From Candidatus Moanibacter sp. (GTDB taxonomy: Bacteria; Verrucomicrobiota; Verrucomicrobiia; Opitutales; UBA2987), in contig CBDCEW010000093.1 of NCBI GenBank assembly GCA_965215885.1, positions 1 to 64,000 on the forward strand: a stretch of DNA of 64,000 bases. The letters run 5' to 3'. Of this stretch, positions 63,589 through 64,000 are shown piece after piece. Position numbers and translations under genes: made by a program. Within the stretch, counting starts at the first letter, position 1, and each line of letters starts with the position of its first letter. The notes under the pieces were generated by a model. The model was not told the DNA's origin, did no database searches, and saw nothing but the letters and a program-made list of their open reading frames with translations.

Positions 63589-63800
63589 ACGCTCCAAGCC
63601 CATTTCATGAGTGCCAGCCACAAAAAGGCACAAAAAGCGCAAAAAAGGAATGTGAAATCATTCCTGAACGCCAACTCTTTCATTACTAACCATTTATCAC
63701 CCGCCCTTAAGAAGCCGTTTGAAATGATAGGGGTTTTAAACTCCTGATCACCGCCAAGGAACAGTGGGATGGCTACCGCATCAGCCGGCTAATTCTTTGC
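63589..63800. repeat. ~212-bp direct repeat (family C), copy 2
   Basis: Homologous to 49336..49551. Confidence 0.8.
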
Positions 63801-64000
63801 GATTCCTTTACCACCGGGGGCTTCCCCATCGTCTCGCGCTGAGCGGGACTTCCGCCTTCCTCAGCATCTTGCGGCTTCCTCCCCCATCCGTTACCCTTCT
63901 TTAATCCGTAGCCAGAATCCTCCCGTCCCATCGTCACGAACAATCCTGGCTTCCTCTCTTCTCTTTGCGTCTTTGCGACTTTGCGTGAGAAATCTTTCAC

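Overview
Bacterial chromosomal window, most likely Verrucomicrobiota (Opitutales-like). This is inferred from the verrucomicrobial-type C-terminal domain on the CARDB protein, the PilM/PilN-like pair and the repeat repertoire; no search was run. Left (1-12 kb): two giant acidic secreted RCC1/CARDB proteins and a broken pilMN(O)-like cluster joined through an IS that lacks its target duplication. Middle (12-40 kb): mostly intact housekeeping and accessory genes (rpsT, rnpB, Zn-ribbon protein, DinG-family helicase, PP2C, nucleotidyltransferase, tRNA-Ala, ankyrin protein, degenerate GH127, sulfatase, PhoD, an HMT-methyltransferase fusion, tonB/exbD/exbB-like genes, PfkB kinase, tmk-holB and a second tmk). 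Right (43-62.6 kb): a tandem array of five paralogous, signal-peptide-bearing, phage-tail-fibre-like proteins with a shared N-terminal YQGR domain and different heads (S74 chaperone, beta-helix, three divergent jelly-roll tips), with no phage genes nearby, followed by a DUF4160/DUF2442 pair. This array is the best candidate for an undescribed system. Mobile DNA is abundant: three near-identical 1894-bp DUF4338-fused ISAs1-like elements, one large unclassified IS, one IS5-like element, and several MITE/REP-like families, some sitting exactly on stop codons. Many single-base frameshifts could be real decay or long-read errors; reads are needed to decide.
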